A stretch of 61,528 nt of DNA, the filler included, from Choristocarpus tenellus KU-1152 (taxonomy: Eukaryota; Protista; Phaeophyceae): assembly GCA_964200185.2 (NCBI GenBank). It is 6 parts of 6 records of this genome, joined end to end, with 100 filler letters (N's around TTAATTAATTAA, not from the genome) between each part and the next. Parts side by side here need not be neighbours in the genome. Positions count along the whole stretch, not along the records: positions 24,064 to 32,384 come from CAXNAD020004858.1; positions 32,485 to 38,517 come from CAXNAD020009116.1; 4 more parts are not named here. One strand, given 5' to 3'. Shown one piece after another: positions 24,440-36,090 of this stretch; the first letter of the stretch is position 1, and every line of letters begins with the position of its first letter. The notes beneath the pieces are model-generated. The model saw only the letters and a program-made list of their open reading frames with translations. It did not search any database and was not told the origin of the DNA. The position numbers and the translations under genes are program-made.

Positions 24440-26565
24440 TCATAGCCGCACCTGCCCCTTGACCTTTTTCTGATTTCCCGGCTCTGCCCCCCCCTTAATG
24501 CCACTGCCTTTCGCCTGTCCTTTCCTCCCTGTGGCACTACTTCCTCTACCCCTCACGGAGGCAGAACCTGCAGCCCTTCCCGCTGTCCCCTTCTTGCTGC
24601 TGGGGTTTTGAATCGACCTCTTCCCTTCCGCTTTCTTGATGGCAGCCATCCTAACCTTGAGCTTGAGCTTGGCCTTGGCCTTACCCTCATGCCCCTTTGC
24701 TGTAGCAATAGCTTGGTTCGCCTCATTACGAGCTTGCTTGCGAAGAATCTTCATAGGAGTAACATACACCATCAGGGTTAGGGTTTTAGTATGTAACTCC
24801 AAAAAGGTAGAGATAATGGTACTATTATTTTATCTCTCCAGCAACGATTTTTTCTCCTACCCTAATCTGCTGCTATCTAATAAATTCCACACAACATTCC
24901 CTTCCATGACCCCGGATACTGCTAACGTTCCTACCATGTAATTCTGAGTGCAAGAAAAAAATGTCTCTTACCAGTATCAACTCTGGTCCCCATGGATCTC
25001 ACCATGGGCGTGCTTGCATGAGTAATCCTTCCATTGCCTATCACTGTTTCCATACAAATTCAAAATCCAAACTTGTAGGCCAGCTCTAACTGGCTCTAAC
25101 TAATCACTAATATTAACTCTCAGTATCACGGGTTTCTAGCCAGCTTGCACCTCGAGAGCGTTTTAAGTTACTCTTGGTCTCCTATATGTGCTTGTGTCAA
25201 ACGCATGCCTCCAATGCAGACCGTTGACCATGTCCTATGCTGACTCTAAGCAGCTCTACACTTTTCCCCTGACCTTCCGTCTCATAGGTCACTCTGCTCT
25301 ACTTCTCATGTGCCATACGATCTAACAAATACTCTGTGATTGTTCTACAGTGGAAAGGGACATAAAATTGCTACAGAGAGAGTCACAGAGAGTGTAGAGG
25401 AAAGCTTCGCTTTGCAGATAAAATAGACAGGAAGAAACTTCACAATTTACAATCAAATCTGAAGTCTGACATCACGCACCACTCCCATTAACTTTCTATC
25501 TCATGTGCCAAACAGAGACCATGCACTCTACCATGCATGTACATGTCAAGCGTGGTTCTGGTCCCTTTCAGAGAGGTCAATTTATGACATAATCATCCAA
25601 AGGGCTAAGCACAGCATAATCTCTACTACATTCCAGTTGTATGCCTGCAATTGTATATTGCACAACTAACGGCCTCAGTTCGAGAAGTCATCCCTTCAAA
25701 TTGTCATCACTCAAGCTACAAGGTGGGATTCAGGGACTCTTATATCCAATAGACTGCAAAATTGGACATAGCAGGTGTTCATGTGCACAGAAAATGCAAG
25801 CGCTTTCAGGACAGAGAATGCTATCTCAAACCTCGGTCATCAGAACTCAAATGCAAGAGTGTTAATTGCAACGCATGCTACCTGCGTAATTACATAAGTA
25901 CGTCAATGGAAGAGTTTATCAAAGAGGGTACAAAAATGAATGATTGTTACCTTCGCCTTGAATTTTTGCACCTCCCTGTCCACTTGCAAAACCTTGGGCT
26001 TAGGGCTGGGCGATAGGCCGCGCTTCATAGCGAGGGCGGCCTCACGCTTGGCCTTGGCGCCACCGACAGACTTTGCTAATGTGGCGCCAATCTTTGAATT
26101 AGCTGCCCGTTTCTTTGCGAGAGATTCTTTTATGTTGGGAGCTGCAAGGAAGGTGTAGCAAGAGATTTGATGAACAGAAGCAGCGGGGAAACACCAAGGA
26201 CACATTTGAATTTCGTAATTCAGTTCGTAGACATGGATTATTGTTAAGTTAGAAAGGCATTAATATTACCGAGGCACCTAATTCAATCGTGGAAATATAG
26301 AAGAGACCAGAACATGGGGCAGTGTCTCTAGAGTCGACGTAGAGTGCGTAGGGAACAGTTCGTGTCCAGCAAATCGCCTAAAATAATAATCGCGTCAACA
26401 CCCCCTGGGAACACGACGGTGCAGAACCGACCACAGCACCCCACCTTTGCGGCTTTCCTTTGCATTCTTCTTCCTATTCTTGATCATTGCATCAAGGGAG
26501 AGGTTGAGGGTCTCTTCGACCACCATGGGGTCAACAGCGTCCACCCCCATACTGAAGGTCGCCAT
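24440..26565 (-). CDS. Lys/Arg/Gly-rich protein with N-terminal UAP56-binding-like motif (ALYREF/CHTOP/UIF-like mRNA export adaptor candidate); 3' end uncertain
   Basis: Phase-compatible GT-AG exons 26565-26445 (MATFSMGVDAVDPMVVEETLNLSLDAMIKNRKK...), 26141-25951 and 24748 to about 24440. LNLSLDAMIK resembles the UBM (MDMSLDDIIK) and is followed by basic and RG/KG-rich sequence. A possible donor CAG|GTGCGG near 24451 means further exons may lie beyond. Confidence 0.7.
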
Positions 26566-26865
26566 GTGAGAGTTGTTGACTGGAGGGCAAGTAGTCTATT
26601 CTACTCCGTCGAGAATCTCCAACTACACGACAAGCTGAATCTCCGTCCCTGTCAAGCAAGCTATGTCGAAATACACCTCCCCTTACCTATAGTTCTATCC
26701 TCTACACCTTGTAAATTGTTGAGGGTGAGTAGAGACTATTCAGTTCACCGGAAAACTGTGTGATTATTATGACGCGCTATTCGCGCGTCATAATATTCGT
26801 AGAAGTATCCTGAAAAGGTGAGGCGACCAAGTACCACTCACATACCATTGTAGAAGATCGGTGCA
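26566..26865. promoter_or_regulatory. Compact bidirectional promoter with perfect inverted repeat
   Basis: 300 bp between two divergent ATGs (26565 -, 26866 +); contains TATTATGACGCGC-tattc-GCGCGTCATAATA at 26765-26795; locally CpG-rich. Confidence 0.7.
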
Positions 26866-28452
26866 ATGGCTTCGATGAGAAGTGAAGTGCTCGGTGGTTT
26901 CAGGCGTCTTATGCGGGCTCGTCTCGACGTTTTCAAGACCGATACGGCGGCGGTCAATGCCGCGAGGGAGCAGCTGCGCGTCGAGTTCAACAAGAACAGG
27001 GATGAAACAGACCCTAACAAAATAGGTATGCTGTGTAGTCTTACGTATCTACTTAGGATGCTTTCTTACCTGGTCCTGAGTGATCCCACCTACCTGTGTA
27101 TCATATGTGACTGCCGTTCATCATGGGAAAATATTGTCCGACTCTTACCACTTAAGCTCACGCCGCGCCAGTCTCGTTCAGGCATCCCACCATTTCGCCG
27201 TAACATCGACACAGACCATCTCGAGGGGGAGAACAGAGGCAGTAGTATATGGTACGAAGACATTCTTGATGGGTCCGTAATTCATCGTGAGTTGTCAGAC
27301 TGCTTCCTCGTTGAGCACGTGCCATCAACCTTGTTGGTTGAGGATCGTTGGACATGGAGAAAACCCTGCAAAAATGCAGTGAGGAGACCTGCAAATACCT
27401 TAGGAGGGCTTTGGAAGGCAAAAAATATATATTTACCTCTGGAGAGAGGACCAAACATCCTCATTCATACGCCAAGAATTCTATAGTGCTGTCGAGCAGG
27501 AGGTCAAGGAATGTCTTCGTGCGGTGTGCGAAACACCAGGAATCCATACCCGATAACGTTGCAACACACCCCGTCATGCCTTCAATGTCTTCTGCGCCTC
27601 TGCATACCCCCCTCGATGAAATTGAATCCATTGGGCTTGAATAAATGGATGGACGCTATTCTGGATACAAGAATAGCCAGTTTGGTGAAGGGCATCAAGG
27701 ATGTGGAAGAAATGCTCAATTTCAACGTGATACAAGGCAAGAAGAACGAGCGTGGGAGCTACGGTAAGTCCTACCAAATGAGATAGTAGGTGAGAGAAAA
27801 GGGGTAAGTCCTTTCCTTTCAGATTTGACGTGGCAAGAGAGGGGGTAGGGGGTGAAGGGGAGGAGAAATGTGATCGAAGGTAAGGAACTTGGACCCCAGT
27901 TTCAATGATGTTATTGGCATCCCTGAAAATTTGGAGTAGATGCATTCTGCTGCAAGATTGTACGTATTGGAGTGTGTGAGTGTTATGAGCTGCACACTGC
28001 CTTTAATGAAGGGTATAAATTTGTTCTTTCACTCCTGATTCCTCCTAAACTCTCGCCTTCGATCTGCCCTGCCCCTGACACAACCCCCTGACAACACAGC
28101 ACAACTGAATTGCGCAAACCCCTATAGCAACTAGTTCCCACTCCTAACACTTCTATTTATCTCTCTCTCTTCGTCATAGGGGATGATCTAAATGCACTTC
28201 TCCTGCATCCCCACCCCTGATATTGCTGAGTCCTGCCACCGCATTTTTTGCATTGCTTTTGTTGCAATTCCTAATCTACTTCCTCCACCCCATCTGCTGT
28301 ACTCGCTGTCAGTGGTCAAGCTCTCCAGTCAGCAGAGTGAGGCTATGGGTTCCCACACTGAAATTTCGCATGTGGACGCCAATGCAGGGGACCTTCCAGA
28401 CAAGGTGGAGACAACAGTGTCTTCAACTCCAGGGGTAAAGAAAGAGGCATGA
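26866..28452 (+). CDS. LYRM7: Complex III assembly factor LYRM7 / Mzm1 (Rieske Fe-S protein chaperone), 3 exons, 128 aa
   Basis: Exons 26866-27025, 27677-27763, 28313-28452 (387 nt, in frame). FRRLMRARLDVFKTDTAAVNAAREQLRVEFNKNRDETDPNKIASLVKGIKDVEEMLNFNVIQG follows the LYRM7 pattern (VFKND..A..AAR.....EF..N..ET...KI..L.....DVE..L...VIQG). Confidence 0.9.
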
Positions 28453-29642
28453 TTCGATCGGGCCAGGACCAGGAATAGGATATACGAGAAAGACAGGGGA
28501 GTGAAGGAGAAGCAAAGGAGATTGAGGGGGAGGGGGACTCTTTATAGAGCAATCTTTAAGACACCAAGTGTGCAATGTGAAGAACCTGTGTTGTGCTCTC
28601 AATCCTTTGCAGAATCCAGTCGGTGTGTTTAATTGAGAGGGATTTGAATTATTTATAGCAGGAATCTATCGAGAGATTGATGGTGGTGTTGGAGAGGAAT
28701 GTTCAGATCCGAGGAACGAAAATATTTCTGCTTTGCAGCTATAGGGGGAAAGGTCATCATTGACCAGTGACCAGAAGGAACGGCTTTCATGAGTGAAAGT
28801 ATCTGAGAGGGTACGAATTTTTCCCTGTTTGTTCATTTGGGGCTTGGTTTCCCACGCGTTTTTCATGACATTTTCACTACCCCAAAATCTTTCCGAGTAG
28901 GTAAAATGTTTACGTTTTGAAAGGGAGTGTCGGAACAAGGATATTTGCATCTCCTAACAAGCACAATAGCCAAAATTACATCAAAATCGAAACATTGGAT
29001 TTTGTCCCCCAAATGGACGCAGCCCTACCCCTTAAGATACTTTGGCTCTCATAGTTGTGAGTGCTGTATTACTCTATTGTGTGGTTGTTTCATGTGCAGT
29101 ATTACATATGTGTGGGTTGATGTCTGGGTGTTGTGTGCCTTACAGTGTATTTTTTGTACCTTGAGTCTCCTCATTAGTTCAGCGTGGGTTGTTATGTTTT
29201 GCCTTCTATTAGTGTTTTAGTCATATCCATAAGGTGTGGTTCACAAGATCAGAAACTCTTGCCCTTGGAGGAAGAGGGAATCCTTCTGCAACTGGATTAT
29301 CCTTTTTTGAAATGTCAGAGTAACCTTCCGTTAGTTTTTTTTGAAGTCTTAATTCATTTTGACTGTATGTAGAGTATATTGCCTTTTACTTCTGGGTTAA
29401 CATGTTGGGAGATTTACTTTGTTGCAGTGTTCTCGGTTCCATTTGAGGTCTGAAGGTCTGAAGGGGGCATAGACATTTGTATGTACATGCAACCGGTATG
29501 AGATAGTCAGACCGTATCCCAGCTTAAGCTATTAAAACACCCGCCCGGTTTCGTATACCCAATAATAAACAGGCAGCAACAGAAAAAACATCAAAATGCT
29601 ATTTTTTTATTCCTTCTATTCTACGGACTGATTGAAGTTCCA

Positions 29643-32101
29643 TTAGAACCAAGGAAATATGAGAAAGTGGTATATCACAGGTTGAAGTAGTTGGCCACTT
29701 GGACTTTCGCCTTGTCGGAAAAGAGCAAATGCCAGGTGTTCAGAAGCAGCAGGAAGAATAATTTTGAAGGGTGGTGAGGGTGAAACTACTACTGATTGTG
29801 AAGTATGTGCAAGGGGTGCCTGCCATGACTGACTGTCAGTAGTAAATTCGAGAGAAGTTTTGTCAATTTTCTGTACATCTTGTGGAGAATACACCTGTTG
29901 TTGATACGATTCCCATCCCGCTAATTACTGCTCTCTATATATATATAGATATGATGAGAACACTACCTGATCTTTAATATATTTGAAATTTCACATGTAC
30001 TCTTGTGTTCTAATTGAATACTTTTTTGGCACATTCCAAGGCAACTGTGGTTGATTCTCTAATTCTTGCCAATTGCATCACACAGAATTAGTACTGTACT
30101 TGCTGTGAAAGGTTCATTTCAGTGGGGAACAAATCTGCAGAGCTAGATCTAGGTCCAGCCCTGTGAAGTTGTACACATCACCCCCACATTGAAAATCCAC
30201 AAGTTATACTCCGAAAAAAACTGATGTCATACCATTATTGTAAATGAACGCCTGTCTCAACGGTAACGGTGGTGAGAATCAGAAAAATAATTTATTACAA
30301 GTAATAGGATTGATTAGCAACGGGAATATTTCAAAATTGGTAAGTGAATGCAGTGTGTGGAAATGAGGGGATGCAAAAAAGTTAGGGGGGTTCCAGAAGG
30401 AAGACATCGTGCCCTTTGCACTACTGCCGTAATAATCAACAACTGAAACATTAAATTCACTGACAACTAGAAAACAAGAAACCAGTAATGATTCTTGGTA
30501 TCCTGGCATATTGAACACCTCAGCTTGGGTGCCCTTGGCCTGCTTCCTCAAGGCTTGAAAGGTGTACATCTTGATTTCTTGTTTAAGACCCTTTGATAAT
30601 GATGACTGAAGAACAGAGTTGGTGAACTTTTACAGGTTAATTATTATTGATGACATGACACACAGTGGGCTTGTACTACTGTAGTGAATTTGGCTAAAAA
30701 CTAAAAACCAGCCCAGATACAGATGACCTGTAGATTTAAGGCATAGTGACACATTGAGGTCACTGTGGTCGTTAAGTTCAGGTACATGTAGGAACACAAT
30801 GATCATGATCAGAGAGAGATAGAAGACAGGTGTACAATCACACTTACGATGAATGCACCATTCACCACATGAAAGGAGACCTTCCAGGATGAGAAAAAAT
30901 TATTTTTAAGTGTATCATGTTGTTTTAATTCAGCTGGGAACAACCAATACTCTTTACAAACCTTGAAGAGAATGACAACACATCGATCAAAAATCGATAA
31001 GCAACTTCTTGCTACCAGCATCACTAGCATCTATTACACCTCCAAAAACTGGAGCACACGGACACACACACAGGGCAGGCACAAGCTACACGTCTCACAC
31101 AGCATCGTTCATGTCATTCATTATCAAGATATTAAAATAATAAAAACATAAAATCACAAGGCGTTATTCAGTGGTCCAACCACATCAAAACAACAAAAAT
31201 GTGCAGCAACGTAGATACATACCACACAAGTATGTCAAGAGGATGGTCAAGATTGACCACAATTGCAAAAAACATTTTTAAAAAGTGCCACCGCACATGG
31301 TCCCCCCCCCCCCCAACAGTAATCAAACAGAGAAAAAACGCAACAGTAGTGATTCATTATTATTATTATATAATGAACCAAATCGCCATAGGAAATAACA
31401 ATCAGAAGCACCCAATGATGCCGTCCAACCAGGAAGAACAGGTAAAGAGTAACCCCCAACATGCAGCAGGCATTGCAAGAGAATAAGGGGGGAAGGGAGG
31501 AGTGGGGAGGGGAGGGGCGGGGAGGGAGGGGGAACAATATGCAAACAGACAGAGAGGACGAAAAATGGAAGGAAGGGGCATTGTTACCTACCAAATACAC
31601 AAAATTTAACCCACACGTCGAATCTATGTTGATCATCATTACGCCATGCTGATGATCAACAGAAGCATCAATAGCGTGGATGAAAGGAATAGCACAAATT
31701 TCAAAAGAAAAAAAAAGCAAGTCAAGTGCAAGTTGGGGTGAAGGATAACAATTCAAGCAGCAGCAAATGATGAACTTGAGATGCATACATGCTTGAGGGT
31801 GGAGGGACAGCGGGGCTAGGAAAAGTACTACAAATTGTGAAGAGATTCAACAGCAGAACAACAAGTGGACAACAAAATGGGGGGGGGGGGGGGCAGCTTT
31901 CCAGAATTTTCAAGGCTTTCAAAAACAAAAATAGCAAAATATGAAAAAGAAATATTGAAAATAACGTAAAATAAACCGAATAAAAAAAGTAATTTCAAAA
32001 ACAAAAACAAAAACAAACTGACCTGAGGGCTGTTGATAAGCTGCCGCGGGCCGGCAGCCCACTCTAATCTCAAGGACTGTCCTAAACCACCTGCCACAAC
32101 A
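29643..32101 (-). CDS. 3' exons of an unidentified intron-containing gene (5' end beyond gap 2)
   Basis: Three candidate exons with compatible phase-0 junctions: 32101 (or 32090)-32023 GGLGQSLRLEWAAGPRQLINSPQ; 30626-30483 FTNSVLQSSLSKGLKQEIKMYTFQALRKQAKGTQAEVFNMPGYQESLL; 29894-29643 VYSPQDVQKIDK...*. No domain recognised. Confidence 0.4.
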
Positions 32102-32384
32102 CTGATCAAGTTAGCACACTTTCACTGTGGCAAGGACAACAGCAGACAATTACCATGAGAAGAGCTGGGGTTACCACAGAATTACATTAAAACAATCTGT
32201 GGATCATCTACACCACCAAAAATTATGGAAGGCATGTATATATGCAACCCTCTAATAATGGGCAAAGAAGAGAGGGTTAGTTCTCTTTGGTAGGGTGGTT
32301 GAAGGTTCAGGGGGGGGGGGGGGGCGGGGGGGATAGGTAGACAGGGAGCAACAAGAGAGCTATTTCCATACAACAACCAGGGTG

Positions 32385-32484
32385 NNNNNNNNNNNNNNNN
32401 NNNNNNNNNNNNNNNNNNNNNNNNNNNNTTAATTAATTAANNNNNNNNNNNNNNNNNNNNNNNNNNNNNNNNNNNNNNNNNNNN
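32385..32484. other. Artificial contig spacer / assembly gap 2
   Basis: 44 N + TTAATTAATTAA + 44 N. Confidence 0.98.
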
Positions 32485-32565
32485 GGTGGAGGGGGTTGGA
32501 GGGGTGACTTGGGGGGTGATGATGAGAGAGTTTTTTTTTTTTACCACATAGACTACACGGTCTAT

Positions 32566-33500
32566 TACTCCCTCTGCTCGTGTAGAGTAAACATCAAGAA
32601 CATCAATGTTCTTGGCAGGGTGGTTTGCCATACCCTGGGACAATGGAGACCTGGGACGATGCCTGGGACAATAACGTATGTTTGAATACCTTGTTGTTAA
32701 ACCCTGTTCAAAATTTGATGGGAATTGAATCAACGCCTCCCAAGATCTACGTTCTTCCCCTCAGCCTGCAGGAAAGTCGTTCCCTTAGCCACCAAAGGGC
32801 CATCTACACACATGCTACTCTCTGCCTACCCTTGTGCGTCTTGTGTGTGTCTAGCTTACTCTCTTCCTTCAAGTTACTGTCACCTGAGTTCAATGCACCC
32901 TTGTACTGTGCAATGAGACTCTGGCAGACCTTTTTATGGGTCTCAGCACCATAATCTTTGCATGTGTTCACCACATTTTGGATTAAGGTTCTCGATGTTG
33001 TCCAAGCGAATCCGACCTGCCCTGGTCTGCATACCACGGAAGAATCTGGGGTCAATAGTGTTGTTCAAATCTGGTGACTGGGCAGATTGCTTGAGCATAT
33101 GTATTGAAAATCCTCTTAGCAGTGGCCTGATCATCCACCATAAGTGACCCTCCGTTTTTATCCTGCGGGTAACATCCTTATCTAACGAACATGGATGAGA
33201 AACTGAACCTGGCAACACCTTGTCTGAGAGCATTTTCTCAAAAAACTGACAAATCTTAAAGGCATGCATTGTCTCCGTGATATCCTGGGGGGCTCAATTA
33301 CAGGGCGATAATCTCTTAACTCTCCATCAGTGACCAAATGCCGATCTTCCCATCTCACAAAGTTCTATCCTCCAAATCATGAGGGTGTGCATTTGCAGTC
33401 AGAAATGTCGCTTTTGGAATGCATGATTTGGTCATTTTCAAGCCACTTTTTGTCCAGACGGAGAGGAAAGAAGTGGTAACATGGAAGTGTAGGACATTTC
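32566..33500 (-). mobile_element. Degenerate Tc1/mariner transposon, DD39D (plant/oomycete mariner) family, with one TIR
   Basis: Colinear motifs broken by stops and frameshifts: LDKKW (cf. VDEKWF), IPKATFLTANAHP (cf. IPKVMFLAAVARP), DGKIGIWS, MLSDKVLP, GFSIHMLKQSAQSPDLN..IDPRFFRGMQ (cf. QPPNSPDLNVLDLGFF), then LIQNVVNT..Y....V.QSL..QY. TA+CTCCCTCTG terminus at 32566-32576. Confidence 0.85.
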
Positions 33501-34446
33501 TTTTGATTTTTTCCCTTTTTTTTTTTCCTCTTAATGAGAACTGATACGTCTCCCACCTCAGTGTGTTTGAGACCTACCCATTTTTAGTTCAAAAAAAAAA
33601 ATCGGAACAGGACGATTTTACTGCCTCCGTTTTGTTTTTTGACAATCTTTTACGACTGAGAATTTATTTGAACTTTTACAAACATGTGATGATAATAATA
33701 AAAATTAAGGTCAACCTACACATGTGGTGTAGGTAAAAAATCTTGTGTATTTAATATACAGAGTATTGGTAACAATATTTATAAGAGTAGGTGTCAGTGT
33801 GGTGGTTGAAAAATGGATGCTCTGAAAGTTGAAGAAGAGCCTACCCCCTCACAAGCCCCATTGGAAGGCGTAGGTGGGCAGTGGACCTTGAAGAGGACAA
33901 GGTGCTGAGCATTGCCCACACAGCAGATGTTGTAGAGGAACTGGCACCTGAATGTTGTTCTGGTAAGAGAGATTGTTACTGGTCAAAACCGGTCGAGAGC
34001 TGTCACGGATAAAATATGGTTTAAGGTTGTAACTAATAGTGTAGTGCTAGAGTTGAGTGTTTTTGTTTTGTTTTACTTTGTGTTAAGTAATGTAAAGATC
34101 TGGTTTTGAGTTGGAAAAATTTCACACGTAGGGCAACTCATCGTTTAACTCATCTATGCTTCACAAATCAGTAGACAAGAATCTGTACAAGTATTTGTAT
34201 TTATTTTGTATTTGTATGTGAAGGGAATGGTGAAGGTGTAAAAATATTTTCTACTTGGGAATATTATACCACAAATCATGTACTGAGTACAACTCAATGT
34301 TGAGGAATGACACACACAAATATCGATTTGTCGATGTAACCTTGTTGGTTAGCATGTACACACATTTTGTTGGTATCGATCACCATTTTATCTGTTTTAC
34401 ATTTTATCCGTATGTAGAGTTGATCTGTCCCCTTGTTTGTCTTGAC

Positions 34447-34656
34447 ATACAACAGCAATTGTGTAACATAAAACAGCAATTGTGTAACATAAAACAGCAA
34501 TTGTGTAACATAAAACAGCAATTGTGTAACATACAACAGCAATTGTGTAACATAAAACAGCAATTGTGTAACATAAAACAGCAATTGTGTAACATACAAC
34601 AGCAATTGTGTAACATAAAACAGCAATTGTGTAACGTAAAACAGCAATTGTGCACA
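34447..34656. repeat. Minisatellite, 21-bp unit x10
   Basis: ATA(A/C)AACAGCAATTGTGTAAC directly repeated ten times without spacers; the last unit is diverged. Confidence 0.97.
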
Positions 34657-34769
34657 AATATTGGGTTACTACTAGTACTGTAATTAAGTACAGTCAGCAT
34701 TTGGTTTCCCTGTTGTTCAATGATAGTATTAATATTATCACCCCCCTTCCTAAATGGCATATTGTGGAA

Positions 34770-34857
34770 GCCCCATTGGTGTAGTGGGTGACATCACATC
34801 TCTAGTGTGTCGTGTACCTAGTGTGCCATGTCCCCAGGTTTGATACCTGTTGGGTCA
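34770..34857 (+). pseudogene. tRNA-derived relic (pseudo-tRNA or SINE head)
   Basis: A-box-like TGGTGTAGTGG, T-arm CAGG-TTTGATA-CCTG (B box with C>T), partial acceptor pairing GCCCCA/TGGGTC; no intact anticodon arm. Confidence 0.5.
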
Positions 34858-35947
34858 CCCTTAACTCTTACAAGTTGAAAGCATGTACCATGTACCATGT
34901 ACCCATACATTGGTGATCAGTGCTTGCATGTATCGTGCATCTGTAGCACCACTACTGTATCTGCTAAATGTGTACAAACATTTGTCATCATGACCCATCC
35001 TCTCTCTATTAAGTGTGTACAAAAATTTGCCAGTACCAGTCATCCTCTGTGAAACATGTACTTAGATGTACTTGGATGTACAAAAGGATCCAGCGGTACA
35101 ATCAAGTTGAGTTGAATCTCTACCTAATGGTTTGTGGTCTTGAGGACAAACTGTACAACTCAACATCTCAGTGGTTTGTTTGAAAGATATGTACCTTTTT
35201 GTTTGTTTGTTTGAGAGATTTGTCCCATACCACTCTCGGAAATATAATAAAAATGGTTGCAAATGATTTGGGATATCCTCAATCCAAAGGGTTAAAACTC
35301 CTCAATCTTTGAATTGTGAAGATGTGCCCCAACTTTCATAACTCAGGTATCAGATGTGATACGACAGGAGCAGCCATTGATTTATCATAAATCGATTTAT
35401 AGGTCACAAATCTGACTTGGTTTGATTGGATTTGATTTGATTGGATTTGATTTGATTGGTCCGAAGTGTAACAAAGTTTGTTTGAAATTGTTCATAATTT
35501 GTAAGTGTAAAAAAGAAGAAAGTGTATAATAAGAAGTGTAACAAATCATCGCATGGCAATGACACAATGCTAAGGCACTCAAACTCCTGCTACTGTATCA
35601 TTTCCCAACTTCAACTGACTGTCACCACTGCCCCATGCATATTGTTCTATTACCTTTTATATAAATTATAATTTATTGTTGACAATTTTTTTCCTTACAG
35701 TGCAAAGGAGAGTTACTATCTTTCCCTCCCAACGGATCAGCACGCAGCGGAAGCATATGACTCGGCTAGGACAGAGATACTCACTTTTTTCCTTGTAGAT
35801 CAAAGTGTGGTCGGCTTTGAGCAGGTACTGCATTTCTTGGGAGGAATGTTTATTTGCATCTCTATTCACAATACTATTAGAATATTAATTTTGGCATTAG
35901 TATTAATTTCATAGCACTATGGCCTGGATAGGTCTATTCCTCTGCAT

Positions 35948-36090
35948 TTGTTATTATTATTGTTATTATTATTGTTGTTATTATTATTAGTATTATTAGT
36001 ATTATTGTTGTTATTATTGTTGTTGTTGTTGTTGTTGTTGTTGTTATTGTTATTGTTATTATTATTGTTATTATTATTGTTATTGTTATT
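35948..36090. repeat. (TTG/TTA)n compound microsatellite
   Basis: About 140 bp of mixed TTG and TTA triplets. Confidence 0.95.

Noticed and set aside
24440-26205. Ribosomal protein L24 or histone H1
   Set aside because: Similarity is only Lys/Ala composition; the family core motifs are absent and exon 1 carries a UBM-like motif.
26866-27486. 206-aa single-exon ORF
   Set aside because: Read-through into intron 1 of LYRM7; homology resumes at 27677 after the donor at 27026.
34447-34656. CRISPR array
   Set aside because: Units are contiguous with no unique spacers, there are no cas genes and the context is eukaryotic.
34770-34857. Functional tRNA gene (also 56285-56350)
   Set aside because: Cloverleaf stems are broken; kept only as relics.
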